A stretch of DNA of 63,813 nt, filler included, from 5 parts of 5 records of this genome joined end to end with filler, not necessarily neighbours in it, one strand, 5' to 3'. Counted from the first letter of the whole stretch, positions 30,367 to 40,646 are shown. Numbers and translations are program-made. The notes: a model not told the origin generated them from the letters alone.

Positions 30367-32721
30367 TTAATTATTTAGAAATAGCCTTATTTCTTCTTCA
30401 ACAAGCGGCCATTTTTCATTAAGGTTATTCACATCATCTTCTAAAGGCTCAATCTCCCCATTTTGTTTAATGGTTTGTTCAATATTTTTAGAATTTTCAT
30501 ATAAATCATTGCAACCCAGGTATGTCATTTTGGGTTTTAAAGCATGTGCCTTTGCTCTTGTTTTTTCATATTCTTTGTTATAGAAACTATTATAAACCTC
30601 ATTTACTTCATCTTGTACAGATTCGATATACATTCTCAGAATTTTACTTATGCGCTTATAATCGCCTTTATATAGCTTCTCAAGATAACTTAAGTCGAGA
30701 TATTTAAAATCATTATTATTAGATTCCGGGATATAATTTATTTCTGATTTCTCAGAGTCGTCAGCCATTTCCAATAAAGTTTGAAAAGTTTCACCTGCTT
30801 TTACTTTTTCCTGAATTTGCTCACTTGCATAAAAGATTATCTTTTGCGTAAGAACTTCAGGAGCAAATGGTTTTGAAATATAATCATCGATACCTGCTTT
30901 AATAAAATGATCTCGCTCATTTTTTAATGCATGAGCAGTCATGGCAATTATTGGCATATTTTTGGAATCATCGGGAAATCTTTCGCGTATATATCTTGTG
31001 GCTTCAATTCCGTCCATTTCAGGCATTTGAATATCCATAAATATCATGTGATATCGTCTTTTTTCTAATAATTCGATTGCTTGTTTTCCATTTTCAGCCA
31101 CATCTATATTCACTTTGCTTTCCCAGCTTTTAATGGTATCCAAAGCCAGCTGTTGATTAATTTTATTATCCTCAGCCAACAGAATATATACTGATTCGGG
31201 ATTAGCTAGTTGTTTTTCTATGTGATCTGAAGCTTTGTGTACGCTAGAGAAACGACCAATTGCAAAGCTTAGGAAAAAAGTGAAAGTTGAACCTTGTCCT
31301 TCTTTGCTATTCACGAAAATTTCACCGTTTTGAAGCTCCACTAGCTGTTTTACTATGGCTAATCCTAAACCTGTGCCACCATATTTACGTGTAGTTTCAT
31401 TTTCTGCCTGAGTAAAACTATTGAAAATACGACTTATTTTATCTTTACTAATACCTATACCATTATCTTCGACCTCAAATTTAATTTCAATTTTGTTTTT
31501 CAGTTTTTTATTTTTTGAGATACGCAATTCAACCACGCCATTTGTTTCAGTAAACTTAATGGCATTACCGATAAGATTCATAAGGATTTGATTCAAACGG
31601 GTAGGGTCGCCAATTAAAACTTCAGGCAATTCAGGATCAATGTAGTGAATAAGTTTTAAATTACTTTCATCTGCTTTTACTTTCATAGTATTTATAAGCA
31701 GATCAATTTGTTCTGTTAGTAAAAATGATATTTTTTCGAAGGTAAGCTTTCCTGCTTCAATTTTTGAGAAATCTAATATATCATTAAGTACAATTAAAAG
31801 ATTATCACCGGAGGCCTTAATATTTCTTAGATATGCTAACTGTTTCTTATTTGGATCCATATTGAGTAGCAAATTTGTAAACCCAATAATGGCATTCAAT
31901 GGTGTTCTTATTTCATGACTAGTATTTGCAAAGAAGATTTCTTTCATCCTGGCATGATGCTTAATTTCTTCGTTAGCATGCTTAAGCTCTTCTTTTTGTT
32001 TGTTAATCACCTCTACAGCTTCTTGTAATTGTTTTCTTTGTCTTTCATTTTCCAGTAACGCTTTTTGAAGCTGTATATGATGTTTACTACTGTGCTTAAA
32101 GGCTTTCTCTAGTTCTGCTCGTTGCGCTTCAGATTCCTTATTCTCTGCAATAATACTGGTTAATTCTTCTTGTTTTTCTCGTAGCAACTTTTCGCTACTG
32201 CTGATTTTATTATGCAATACAGTAGTATCTTGCAGTATAAGTACTAGTTGTTTATTTAAGCTTTTGGCATCATCACTAATTAAAATCGTAGCATCGTAGT
32301 GATAGATTTCCTGATCCGTTTTTATATATACAGGAAAATGTTGTGGGGCCTCATTTACTATAATCTCATCAAGGTAATTAAGCAAGTGCTTATTGATAAA
32401 AACCTGGTCAAAAGTTTTACTATTTAGCGTCTCATTAAGGTTTAGAGTATTAAAATGCTTTTTAGCCGCACTATTCATACCTTGTATTTGATATGAAAAA
32501 TCGTAATACAAGGTTGGCATAGGAAGTTTATTAAGTAAATTAATACTGAATTTATTTGCAGGTATTCCCAGTCCAAATGCACTTCTTCTGCTTTTAATGT
32601 TTTCAATAATAAGCCAAATAACCAATCCTGTAATGATTACAATCAAAACATAGATAACAGGCATTTCATTAAAAAAAGAACCCGATATGGCTGGTATGTC
32701 TAAAATATTCATTGCTAGCAA
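30367..32721 (-). CDS. Hybrid histidine kinase (TM, PAS-like, HisKA, HATPase, REC, HPt-like)
   Basis: SHEIRTPLN, NLIGNAIKF, DNGIG, GGTGLGL, AED/MDIQMP/KP; C-terminal AHALK. Confidence 0.93.
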   Translation of the reverse strand: MLAMNILDIPAISGSFFNEMPVIYVLIVIITGLVIWLIIENIKSRRSAFGLGIPANKFSINLLNKLPMPTLYYDFSYQIQGMNSAAKKHFNTLNLNETLNSKTFDQVFINKHLLNYLDEIIVNEAPQHFPVYIKTDQEIYHYDATILISDDAKSLNKQLVLILQDTTVLHNKISSSEKLLREKQEELTSIIAENKESEAQRAELEKAFKHSSKHHIQLQKALLENERQRKQLQEAVEVINKQKEELKHANEEIKHHARMKEIFFANTSHEIRTPLNAIIGFTNLLLNMDPNKKQLAYLRNIKASGDNLLIVLNDILDFSKIEAGKLTFEKISFLLTEQIDLLINTMKVKADESNLKLIHYIDPELPEVLIGDPTRLNQILMNLIGNAIKFTETNGVVELRISKNKKLKNKIEIKFEVEDNGIGISKDKISRIFNSFTQAENETTRKYGGTGLGLAIVKQLVELQNGEIFVNSKEGQGSTFTFFLSFAIGRFSSVHKASDHIEKQLANPESVYILLAEDNKINQQLALDTIKSWESKVNIDVAENGKQAIELLEKRRYHMIFMDIQMPEMDGIEATRYIRERFPDDSKNMPIIAMTAHALKNERDHFIKAGIDDYISKPFAPEVLTQKIIFYASEQIQEKVKAGETFQTLLEMADDSEKSEINYIPESNNNDFKYLDLSYLEKLYKGDYKRISKILRMYIESVQDEVNEVYNSFYNKEYEKTRAKAHALKPKMTYLGCNDLYENSKNIEQTIKQNGEIEPLEDDVNNLNEKWPLVEEEIRLFLNN

Positions 32722-32726
32722 AAGTA

Positions 32727-35087
32727 TTACAGTTTTATACCAATAATTAATACATCATCGATCTGTTCAAAATCGGCCTTCCATTTTGAAAATATTTCAT
32801 GAATTTTATGCTTTTGTTCTTCCATTGGTAGATCCAGCATTTGTTGAAACATATTTTTAAATCTGCTATATCGGAATTTTTTACCCTGACGGCCTCCAAA
32901 TTGATCAGCCATACCATCTGAAAACATGTAAATGATATCGCCTTTTTTGTAAGGTATTGTCAGTGTGTCAAAATGAACTTTTATATCTTCAGTGTCCATC
33001 ATACCCACAGAAAATATACTTCCTTTAAAAACGGATAGTTCATTATCTCTGAAAAGATACAACGGATTGCGTGCTCCGGCAAATTTAATTTCTTTTTTAT
33101 GACTGTCTAGACTGACGAGCGCCATATCCATGCCATCTTTGGCATTATTTTCATCACTTTTTTTATTTAAGGTCTTGATAATCCTCGCATTTAAGTTATT
33201 CAGTATTTCACCCGGATCATAAATTTCCTGACCTGAAACAACCTCTGAAAGCCCGTCTTTTGCTATTATAGACATCAGTGCACCAGGAATACCATGACCT
33301 GTACAATCTATGGCTGAAATCATTTTAATTCCACCATTTTGATTATTAATTTCGTCAAACCAATAGAAATCACCACTCAATCTTTCTTTGGGTTTAAAAT
33401 AAATGAAGCTTTCAGGGAACGATTTTTTAATACTTTTTAATGGTGGAAGAATAGAATTTTGAATTCGTTCGGCATAAATTATTGAATCAGTAATGTCTTT
33501 GTTTTTTATTTCGAGTAAATGATGCTGTTCTTGAATTTTATCTCGTTGTGTTTGAATTTCTTCATTTTGAACTTCAAGTCGTTCACTCTTCTCACTAATC
33601 TCTTTAAATGATTGCTCAAGCTTTTTCTGTTGAGCTTCATTTTCTCTTAATGCTTTATGAAGTTTGATATGATCAGCTGAAGACTTTTTAAATGCTGCTT
33701 CTAATTCTTCATTAAGATTCTCCATTTCAATTCTTTTCTTATGAAGTTCTTCTGTAATAGCCATGTTTTCAGCTATTTGCTCCTGAAGCTCAGCGTTTTT
33801 CGTTTCTAATGTTTGTGTGCGTTCATTAACTTTTTGTTCTAATATCTGATTTTGTTCTTCAACTACTTCATTTAATTTCTTCAGATTCTCGATATTGGCT
33901 TTTTGGGTGATGGCATGGCTTATTTGAAGTCTCTTATACAAGGAGAGTGAAATAAAACTTAATTGTAAAATAACTAAAAGCTTTAAAACCAGGTGGAATG
34001 TTTCATACCCATTTTCAGCCATATAATGTTGTATTCCAAATACAAAAATGATAGGTAGACTAAAAATTATTGCCCACCTAAAATACTGATAGCTATGATC
34101 TTTGGCATGTAAAGTACTTCCGTAAAATAATAAATATCCAATAAGGACTAATGATACTACCAAAATGAGCAACATGCTAATGTGGATATTAAATTGCAAA
34201 ATGGCTGAAGCCGAAAATAATATCAGGTTTATTATTATGATGCTTGAAACAACTCTATTAAAAGTGTAGGAAGTTGCAACTAGTTTAAAATAATGAAGAC
34301 TTAAACTACCAAATAGCGCAATAATAATAAAAGGAAATATTTTGATTATATAGCTTGTAATATAAGGTTTGTCGCTAAAAATATATTGAAGCGCATACCC
34401 ATCTAACATGAAAAATAATGCTATGAAAGATAGCATATAAAACATGTAATAGAGTTGAATTTTGATTTGAAACTTTAAAATTAGAAATAATAGGCCGGTA
34501 AGCATTAATGTAATTAATACACCATACATTAATCCTGCCTGGAGGTTGTCACTAGAGGTTCGAAGATTAAACCCCTGCTGATCGTAAATTTTAACAGGTA
34601 TTTTTACCTGGTTCATATGGTTCTTTATACGCGCAAATACAGTATACTTTATTCCAGGTTCAAGCATTAGCTGCTTTACAAAAAATCTGGTTTTAATCTC
34701 TCTATTTTGAAAAGGGAAGCGAGTTCCGGACTGTTTTTTATGTATTAGTAAAAAATCTTTCTTTATAAAAAACTGTATTTCCTGAATATTAGGATTTCTA
34801 TATTCAAGCAAAAGATTTATTGGGTATTTATTGGTATTACGAATGGTAAACTTGGTCCAAACTAAACTATCTCGTGTTGTAATTTCTATAAGCTCCTTAC
34901 CATTTTCATAAAAAAGATGATCAATATATAATACATCATTTATTTCCCTAAATCCCTTGGCGGGTTTAAAGATTTTAACCTTAGAAGTTATATCAATTTC
35001 GCTCTGCTGGCCAAATTCAACTACATTTTTGCTAAAAGTTGATAAGGGTACTAAGCTGAATATTAGTATAATAGATATAAGACGCAT
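32727..35087 (-). CDS. 7TM-DISM sensor with a SpoIIE/PP2C phosphatase
   Basis: DISMED2-like ectodomain, 7 TM segments, coiled coil; SGDFYW, DCTGHG, DGMD, SDG..DQFGG, QIDD. Confidence 0.9.
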   Translation of the reverse strand: MRLISIILIFSLVPLSTFSKNVVEFGQQSEIDITSKVKIFKPAKGFREINDVLYIDHLFYENGKELIEITTRDSLVWTKFTIRNTNKYPINLLLEYRNPNIQEIQFFIKKDFLLIHKKQSGTRFPFQNREIKTRFFVKQLMLEPGIKYTVFARIKNHMNQVKIPVKIYDQQGFNLRTSSDNLQAGLMYGVLITLMLTGLLFLILKFQIKIQLYYMFYMLSFIALFFMLDGYALQYIFSDKPYITSYIIKIFPFIIIALFGSLSLHYFKLVATSYTFNRVVSSIIIINLILFSASAILQFNIHISMLLILVVSLVLIGYLLFYGSTLHAKDHSYQYFRWAIIFSLPIIFVFGIQHYMAENGYETFHLVLKLLVILQLSFISLSLYKRLQISHAITQKANIENLKKLNEVVEEQNQILEQKVNERTQTLETKNAELQEQIAENMAITEELHKKRIEMENLNEELEAAFKKSSADHIKLHKALRENEAQQKKLEQSFKEISEKSERLEVQNEEIQTQRDKIQEQHHLLEIKNKDITDSIIYAERIQNSILPPLKSIKKSFPESFIYFKPKERLSGDFYWFDEINNQNGGIKMISAIDCTGHGIPGALMSIIAKDGLSEVVSGQEIYDPGEILNNLNARIIKTLNKKSDENNAKDGMDMALVSLDSHKKEIKFAGARNPLYLFRDNELSVFKGSIFSVGMMDTEDIKVHFDTLTIPYKKGDIIYMFSDGMADQFGGRQGKKFRYSRFKNMFQQMLDLPMEEQKHKIHEIFSKWKADFEQIDDVLIIGIKL

Positions 35088-35445
35088 ATATAATGTTCAC
35101 TTTTGGGAAAGATAATATTTCTTTTTCGCTTAAACAAGCGTAGATATAAGGCTATTTTTGAAATTCCTTAAATAATTTAATAATGTCTCACACTTTTCAA
35201 TTGTTTTTATTGTCACCTAATTATCTGCATATTTAGTATGTTATTTTACTTTTAGATGGTAAATATTACATTTTGAGTAAAATAGAATGAATTATTCTTA
35301 AATCTTATAAAAGAAATATTACGACAAAAATATTCGTTTATTTCGCAGTCGTAATGCAAAAAATTATAGACTTTTGTATCAATCAGAATTTATAAGCTGA
35401 AAATTGGATTACAATTAACTAAAATTATTGTGAAAACATAGCTGC

Positions 35446-37785
35446 ATGAAAAAGAGAACCCTTTTACTGCTGAGTTTGTTGGCAAGTATTGCTTTACAAG
35501 CTCAGAACTTCACCTTAAGTGGATATTTAAAAGATGCACAAACTGGTGAGTTGATTATTGGTGCCAATGTATATGATTCATTAACGCTCAAAGGTACCAT
35601 TACAAATACATATGGATTTTATAGTTTGACTCTACCCAAAGGAAAACATAAGATAATATATTCTTTTGTGGGGTATACGGCTAAAGCTTTTACCGTTAAC
35701 TTGAAACAAGACACCCTTGTTTCTTTAGGTTTAATCGGAGGAGAGATACTTGATGAAATTGTTGTTTCAGCCGATGCGAAAGACCATATTGAAAGCCCGC
35801 AAATGAGTATGCATAACATTAGGATTTTAAATGTGAAAAAGATGCCTGCATTATTTGGTGAGGTTGATATTATGAAAAGCATCCAAAAACTACCGGGAGT
35901 ACAATCAGCCAACGAAGCCTCTTCCGGGGTTTATGTGCGAGGAGGCTCTCCAAGTCAAAACCTGATTTTGCTAGATGGAGTTCCCGTTTATAACGTAAAT
36001 CATTTATTTGGTTTGTTTTCGGTATTTAATGCTGATGCTATTAACAATGTAAGTGTTATAAAAGGAGGTTTTCCTGCCAGGTATGGTGGGCGAATATCTT
36101 CGGTAATTGATATAAGGCTGAATGAAGGAAATATGAAAAAGACGAAAGTTGAAGGAGGCATTGGTATATTATCCAGTAATTTGACGATTTCAGGCCCCAT
36201 TAAGAAAGATACCACTTCATATATGATATCTGGACGTCGATCATATTTTGATTTGTTTACACGTGCTTACAGTGCTTCTAAAGGTATTGGAACAGGAGGA
36301 TATTGGTTTGGCGATCTAAATGCTAAGGTTAATCATATTTTTAGTGCAAAAGACAGATTATATCTTAGCTTCTATATGGGCCAGGATGAGTTTTTTGTAA
36401 AGGACCAATTTGATGATTTTGGTTCAAAAGAAGAATTTGATTTTAGTATACGCTGGGGAAATATTACGTCTGCTTTGAGATGGAATCATATATTTTCATC
36501 AAAACTTTTTGCAAATACCACAGTAACATATAGTCAATTCAGGTTTTTAGATGAAATATCCATCGATTATAAAGATAATTATGATGATTTTAGCTATAGG
36601 TTTGAGCAAGAATATGTTTCAGGTGTTTACGATTGGGCTGTAAAGCTTGATATGGACTATTATCCCAGTACAGCCCACCAAATTAAGTATGGAGCTGAAT
36701 ATACATACCATACTTATGCTCCGGGTGTAAATACCATTAAAACAGAAGTGTCTGGGTTTGATGATATTAGCGATAAGAGAGGAAGTAATAACATTTACGC
36801 TCACGAAATGGCAGCCTATATAGAAGATAATTGGAAAATTAATGATATTTTTCAAACAAACCTGGGGGCACGCTATAGTAGTTATTTTGTAAATAATAAG
36901 TTTTATCAAAGTTTAGAGCCTCGTGCCAGCTTAAGAACCTTAATCAATAATAACCTAAGTGTAAAAGGGTCTGTTGCTAATATGAAGCAATACATTCATT
37001 TATTGAGTAACAGTTCAATTACATTACCCACAGATTTATGGGTGCCTGCTACTGATAAAGTGCCACCGCAAATAAGTTGGCAATATGCATTGGGGGTGAA
37101 CTATATTTATAATAGAACCTGGAAATTAAATTTGGAGGGATATTATAAAGATATGCAGAATGTAATTTCCTATAAAGAAGGAACACAATACATGCCTTCT
37201 GATGAAAACTGGCAAGACAAAGTTGCAAGTGGTAAAGGTTGGTCATATGGTCTTGAATTTATGGCAGAAAAGGAGTGGGAACATACCAATTTAAGCGTAG
37301 CATACACATTATCATGGACATATAGACAATTTGATGAGATTAATAGCGGTAAAGTTTATCCCTATAAATATGATCGTCGACATGATATAAACATTTCGCT
37401 TACCCACAAATTTAATGACCGGATCGATATGGGTATTAATTGGATTTATGCCACTGGAAATGCATTTACTATCCCATTCGAAGTTTATAATGGAGCAGGC
37501 GATCCTTTCGGTGGTGATTATGGCTACCAGGATGAAGTCACATATTTTAAAAGTAGGAATAATTACCGTGCACCTGCGTATCACAGGTTAGATGTTGGTA
37601 TTAACTTCCATAAACAAAAACGTTGGGGAGAAAGAACCTGGATGTTCTCTGTATTCAATGCTTATGGAAGATATAATCCTGTATTTATGATTGTTGAAAA
37701 TGATTATGAAAATGGATTGGAGCTTTATCAGGTAACACTCTTCCGCTTTGTGCCTTCTATTACTTACCGTTTTAAATTCAATTAG
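35446..37785 (+). CDS. TonB-dependent outer membrane receptor
   Basis: CarboxypepD_reg-like N-terminus, plug (PGV...VRGG...QNL..LDG), YHRLD, C-terminal F. Confidence 0.92.
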   Translation: MKKRTLLLLSLLASIALQAQNFTLSGYLKDAQTGELIIGANVYDSLTLKGTITNTYGFYSLTLPKGKHKIIYSFVGYTAKAFTVNLKQDTLVSLGLIGGEILDEIVVSADAKDHIESPQMSMHNIRILNVKKMPALFGEVDIMKSIQKLPGVQSANEASSGVYVRGGSPSQNLILLDGVPVYNVNHLFGLFSVFNADAINNVSVIKGGFPARYGGRISSVIDIRLNEGNMKKTKVEGGIGILSSNLTISGPIKKDTTSYMISGRRSYFDLFTRAYSASKGIGTGGYWFGDLNAKVNHIFSAKDRLYLSFYMGQDEFFVKDQFDDFGSKEEFDFSIRWGNITSALRWNHIFSSKLFANTTVTYSQFRFLDEISIDYKDNYDDFSYRFEQEYVSGVYDWAVKLDMDYYPSTAHQIKYGAEYTYHTYAPGVNTIKTEVSGFDDISDKRGSNNIYAHEMAAYIEDNWKINDIFQTNLGARYSSYFVNNKFYQSLEPRASLRTLINNNLSVKGSVANMKQYIHLLSNSSITLPTDLWVPATDKVPPQISWQYALGVNYIYNRTWKLNLEGYYKDMQNVISYKEGTQYMPSDENWQDKVASGKGWSYGLEFMAEKEWEHTNLSVAYTLSWTYRQFDEINSGKVYPYKYDRRHDINISLTHKFNDRIDMGINWIYATGNAFTIPFEVYNGAGDPFGGDYGYQDEVTYFKSRNNYRAPAYHRLDVGINFHKQKRWGERTWMFSVFNAYGRYNPVFMIVENDYENGLELYQVTLFRFVPSITYRFKFN

Positions 37786-37787
37786 CC

Positions 37788-38714
37788 ATGAAAAAGATAA
37801 TCAGCTATATAATAGTACTAGTCGTTTTGACATCTTGTGAAAAGACCATTCCAATTGATGTGGAAATTCAGGATCCGAAAGTAGTCGTCAATGCATTGTT
37901 TGATAATACGAGAAACCTTGAAGTAAGTGTATCACGTTCTGCTATGATTGATAATCCAAACGGACCATTGAGTATTAATGATGCCGAGGTTAACTTATAC
38001 GAAAATGGCATTTTTTTAAGGCAGTTAACCAGCGAAGGATTTCAGGGACTTTACACCTGTACAGATACATTGCAACCAGATAATACCTACAGACTTGATG
38101 TTTCATGCGATATTGGAAGCGTAACAGTTAGCAATACAGTACCTGAAGTTGTTCCGGTAATATCGGTTGATTCCATAGTGGAAACTCAAATTGTAGATGA
38201 TTTTTGGGGTGAATCACTGGAAGCTTTGATGTTCTATTTTACATTCCAGGATAAACCCGGAGATCAGTATTATGTAATTAAAGTTGTTCGTGAAGGTTCA
38301 ATTCCAGAGCTGGGCTCAGAAGATTTGGGATATATGTTTTATTACGAGTATAATTATCAAAGCAACGCTTCCGGGATTGGAGATAATAGTTCTGTAGAGT
38401 TCTTTGAGTATTTACGTTTTCCTGATGGTTTGTTTGATGGCGAATTAAAAACATATAAGTTCGGTGTAGAATATGACCCTTACATGTTACAAGAATATAT
38501 AGATGAAGGATATACATTCAAATTGAAATTTTATTCCATTAGTGAAGATTTCTATAACTATTTACAAACTTATGATGCTTATTGGAATGCAGAAGGAAAC
38601 TTTTTTGCTGAAAATATCAACCTGTTTAGTAATGTTGAGGGTGGTTTGGGCATTTTTGCCGGTGCTGCTATGTACGAAGTGGAATTAGATATGATAGCAA
38701 TAATTACAAACTAG
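37788..38714 (+). CDS. DUF4249-family lipoprotein
   Basis: LTSC lipobox; C-terminal SNVEGGLGIF; coupled to the TonB receptor. Confidence 0.85.
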   Translation: MKKIISYIIVLVVLTSCEKTIPIDVEIQDPKVVVNALFDNTRNLEVSVSRSAMIDNPNGPLSINDAEVNLYENGIFLRQLTSEGFQGLYTCTDTLQPDNTYRLDVSCDIGSVTVSNTVPEVVPVISVDSIVETQIVDDFWGESLEALMFYFTFQDKPGDQYYVIKVVREGSIPELGSEDLGYMFYYEYNYQSNASGIGDNSSVEFFEYLRFPDGLFDGELKTYKFGVEYDPYMLQEYIDEGYTFKLKFYSISEDFYNYLQTYDAYWNAEGNFFAENINLFSNVEGGLGIFAGAAMYEVELDMIAIITN

Positions 38715-38756
38715 ATTAATTTTGCATGAGTCTATTCATCATAAAAAGTATTTTTC

Positions 38757-38764
38757 TATCTTTG
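38757..38764 (+). promoter_or_regulatory. Bacteroidota -7 promoter element for the tRNA locus
   Basis: TATCTTTG matches TAnnTTTG. Confidence 0.6.
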
Positions 38765-38817
38765 CAAACGCTTATCGCAAATTGGATGTAGCTCATTCCA
38801 GAAAAGTTTGTGATAAT

Positions 38818-38938
38818 AAGGCGGGATGTAGCTCAGTCCGGCTCCGATTTTACCAAATCTGAGATTTGGATTTAAAATCGTGAGTCCTCGAAAAAAGATG
38901 AAATCAAAGATTTCTGTTTTTTCGGGATTAGAGTACTG
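38818..38938 (+). repeat. 5' tRNA-Pro fragment interrupted in the D-loop by an 86-nt twin-hairpin insert
   Basis: 38818-38841 is identical to 38956-38979; insert at 38842-38927; 38928-38938 is identical to 38980-38990. Confidence 0.85.
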
Positions 38939-38959
38939 CTACATCTGGAAACGAAAAGG

Positions 38960-39037
38960 CGGGATGTAGCTCAGTCCGGTTAGAGTACTGGTCTGGGGGA
39001 CCAGGGGCCCCGAGTTCAAATCTCGGCATCCCGACCA
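38960..39037 (+). tRNA. tRNA-Pro(GGG)
   Basis: CGGGATG/CATCCCG acceptor stem, D-arm, CTGGT-CTGGGGG-ACCAG anticodon arm, CCGAG-TTCAAAT-CTCGG T-arm, ACCA end. Confidence 0.95.
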
Positions 39038-39081
39038 TGAAAAGGGTTAATCTATTGATTTATAGGTTAATCCTTTTTTTA

Positions 39082-39102
39082 TTGCTCCTACTTTGCTCCT
39101 AC
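39082..39102 (+). repeat. Putative integrase arm-type sites (left)
   Basis: TTGCTCCTAC x2 at 11-bp period; resembles the right-end TTGCCCCCAA x2. Confidence 0.6.
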
Positions 39103-39294
39103 ACGTCAATATTTCACACTTTTTATAAAATTATTACCTTTGTCCTAATGCTATTTGAATAGTATTAAAAGTTCAGGAAAGGGCAATATCTTAGTTTAGG
39201 ATTTTGTCCTTTTTGTTTACTCTTTCAAAAACTGTGATTTTTCAAAATTTTATTAACTTGCGTCCGAGCAAAGAAATTCTTTGTTTACTGACAT

Positions 39295-39328
39295 AAGGGG
39301 GCTACCATTTTTTGGTAGCCTTCTTTTT
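39295..39328. terminator. Intrinsic terminator (probably bidirectional)
   Basis: AAGGGGGCTACCA-TTTT-TGGTAGCCTTCTT hairpin followed by Ts, just downstream of the PRTase gene. Confidence 0.65.
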
Positions 39329-39340
39329 AATACAAAGCAA

Positions 39341-39988
39341 TTAATCTCTAGTTGTATTTCCGGTTAGAGGATTATATATAATTACCCCAGTATTTGCACC
39401 TTCAACTTGATCCGGGACATCTGCAAAGCTCTCAGTTTGAAGCATTGCACAACATTTAATGTTACTATCAGGGTGAGTTTCTTTGATTTTTTGATAGCAT
39501 GCCATCATGGTTCTTCCCTGTGTTACCACGTCATCCACAAGAAGTATATTTTTATGTGGTAAAATGATATTTAATACGTCAATACTTTCTTTATGTTCTG
39601 CAACTGTAACTCTATTTTCACTAGGTTGTCTAGATGAAGACCGAACGGCTTTATTTCTTTTTAAAAGAATAGAAATATCTTTTGCAAAACCAGCTTCTAC
39701 AATAGCTTTACAAATCTCTAATGATGGCCACAATGCATCATTTACCATTAAATGACTTCTAACTACTGGGACTAAAGTTACATCTTCATTTATAAACTCC
39801 TGAATTATTTCGGGCTTTATATTAAACTGTTCCAATAAAAAATTAATAGCTGCTTTCTTACCCCCTTTTATTGCGTCACAGATTTTTTTTGAGCGCATAG
39901 CACGTGTATCATTTTTCCGAGGATAATATTTGGCAAATGATAAATATTCGATTTCTATTCCTGGATCATTACTGCTAAGCAAAATCAA
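39341..39988 (-). CDS. ComF-like phosphoribosyltransferase (ShosT-like)
   Basis: LVPV, ILLVDDVVTQGRT PRPP-binding loop; overlaps dprA. Confidence 0.85.
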   Translation of the reverse strand: MILLSSNDPGIEIEYLSFAKYYPRKNDTRAMRSKKICDAIKGGKKAAINFLLEQFNIKPEIIQEFINEDVTLVPVVRSHLMVNDALWPSLEICKAIVEAGFAKDISILLKRNKAVRSSSRQPSENRVTVAEHKESIDVLNIILPHKNILLVDDVVTQGRTMMACYQKIKETHPDSNIKCCAMLQTESFADVPDQVEGANTGVIIYNPLTGNTTRD

Positions 39989-40646
39989 ATTTTTCGGTTA
40001 AACTTGGAATATTATCTAAAATGTAATCTTTATTTTCTTGAGTAAGTACAACAGCTCCATAATCAAGCATTTGTTTTGCCCATGAAATAGAATTGTCATT
40101 TAATAAATTTTCCATTATATAAAGATGTCTCCCTAATCTTAACGCTTCCCAACCCTGATGCCTAGTACCGCTCTTTTCACTTGCTTCAATAATTATAGTA
40201 GCATCTGAAATAAGCGCCATTGTTCTATTTCTAATCGGAAAGTTGCTTGGTTGAGCAGGATAACCAACTGGAAATTGTGAGATTGCTAAATGATTTTTTT
40301 TAATTTCTTCTAATAGTTCAAAATTTGACGAAGGATATGTTTTATTTAATGAAGTTCCCAAAACTGCTATAGTTTTACCATTTTCATTAATTGCAGTAGA
40401 ATGAGCAACCGTATCAATACCCTGTGCTAAACCACTTACAACAGTAATATCTCTTTGAACTAATAGTTTTGTGATATAGCTTGCTCTTTTCAGACCTAAT
40501 TTGCTTGGATTTCTTGATCCAACTACAGAAACCCTTCTTCCATTATCCAAAAGAGTAGCATCCCCAGAAACAAATAATTCATTAGGGGCATACTTCTTCT
40601 CAAAATCATTAAATTTTTGAGAATATTCTTTATAATCAAAGTTCAT
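39975..40646 (-). CDS. DprA/SMF (SLOG) protein lacking SAM and winged-helix domains (ShosA-like)
   Basis: VVGSR, VVSGLAQGIDTVAH, TIAVLG, FPIRNR, IIEA..KSGT; 223 aa. Confidence 0.9.
   Translation of the reverse strand: MNFDYKEYSQKFNDFEKKYAPNELFVSGDATLLDNGRRVSVVGSRNPSKLGLKRASYITKLLVQRDITVVSGLAQGIDTVAHSTAINENGKTIAVLGTSLNKTYPSSNFELLEEIKKNHLAISQFPVGYPAQPSNFPIRNRTMALISDATIIIEASEKSGTRHQGWEALRLGRHLYIMENLLNDNSISWAKQMLDYGAVVLTQENKDYILDNIPSLTEKFDFA

Noticed and set aside
35318-35355. ATTACGAC-N22-GTCGTAAT inverted repeat upstream of the TonB receptor
   Set aside because: Possible operator, but a single instance with no cognate regulator nearby
38822-38950. Second intact or intron-containing tRNA gene
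   Set aside because: The sequence diverges after the first anticodon-stem bases, there is no adjacent 3' half, and the insert is too short for a group I intron
39341-40646. Competence genes dprA/comF
   Set aside because: DprA lacks accessory domains, the PRTase lacks the ComF zinc finger, and both lie in a mobile element
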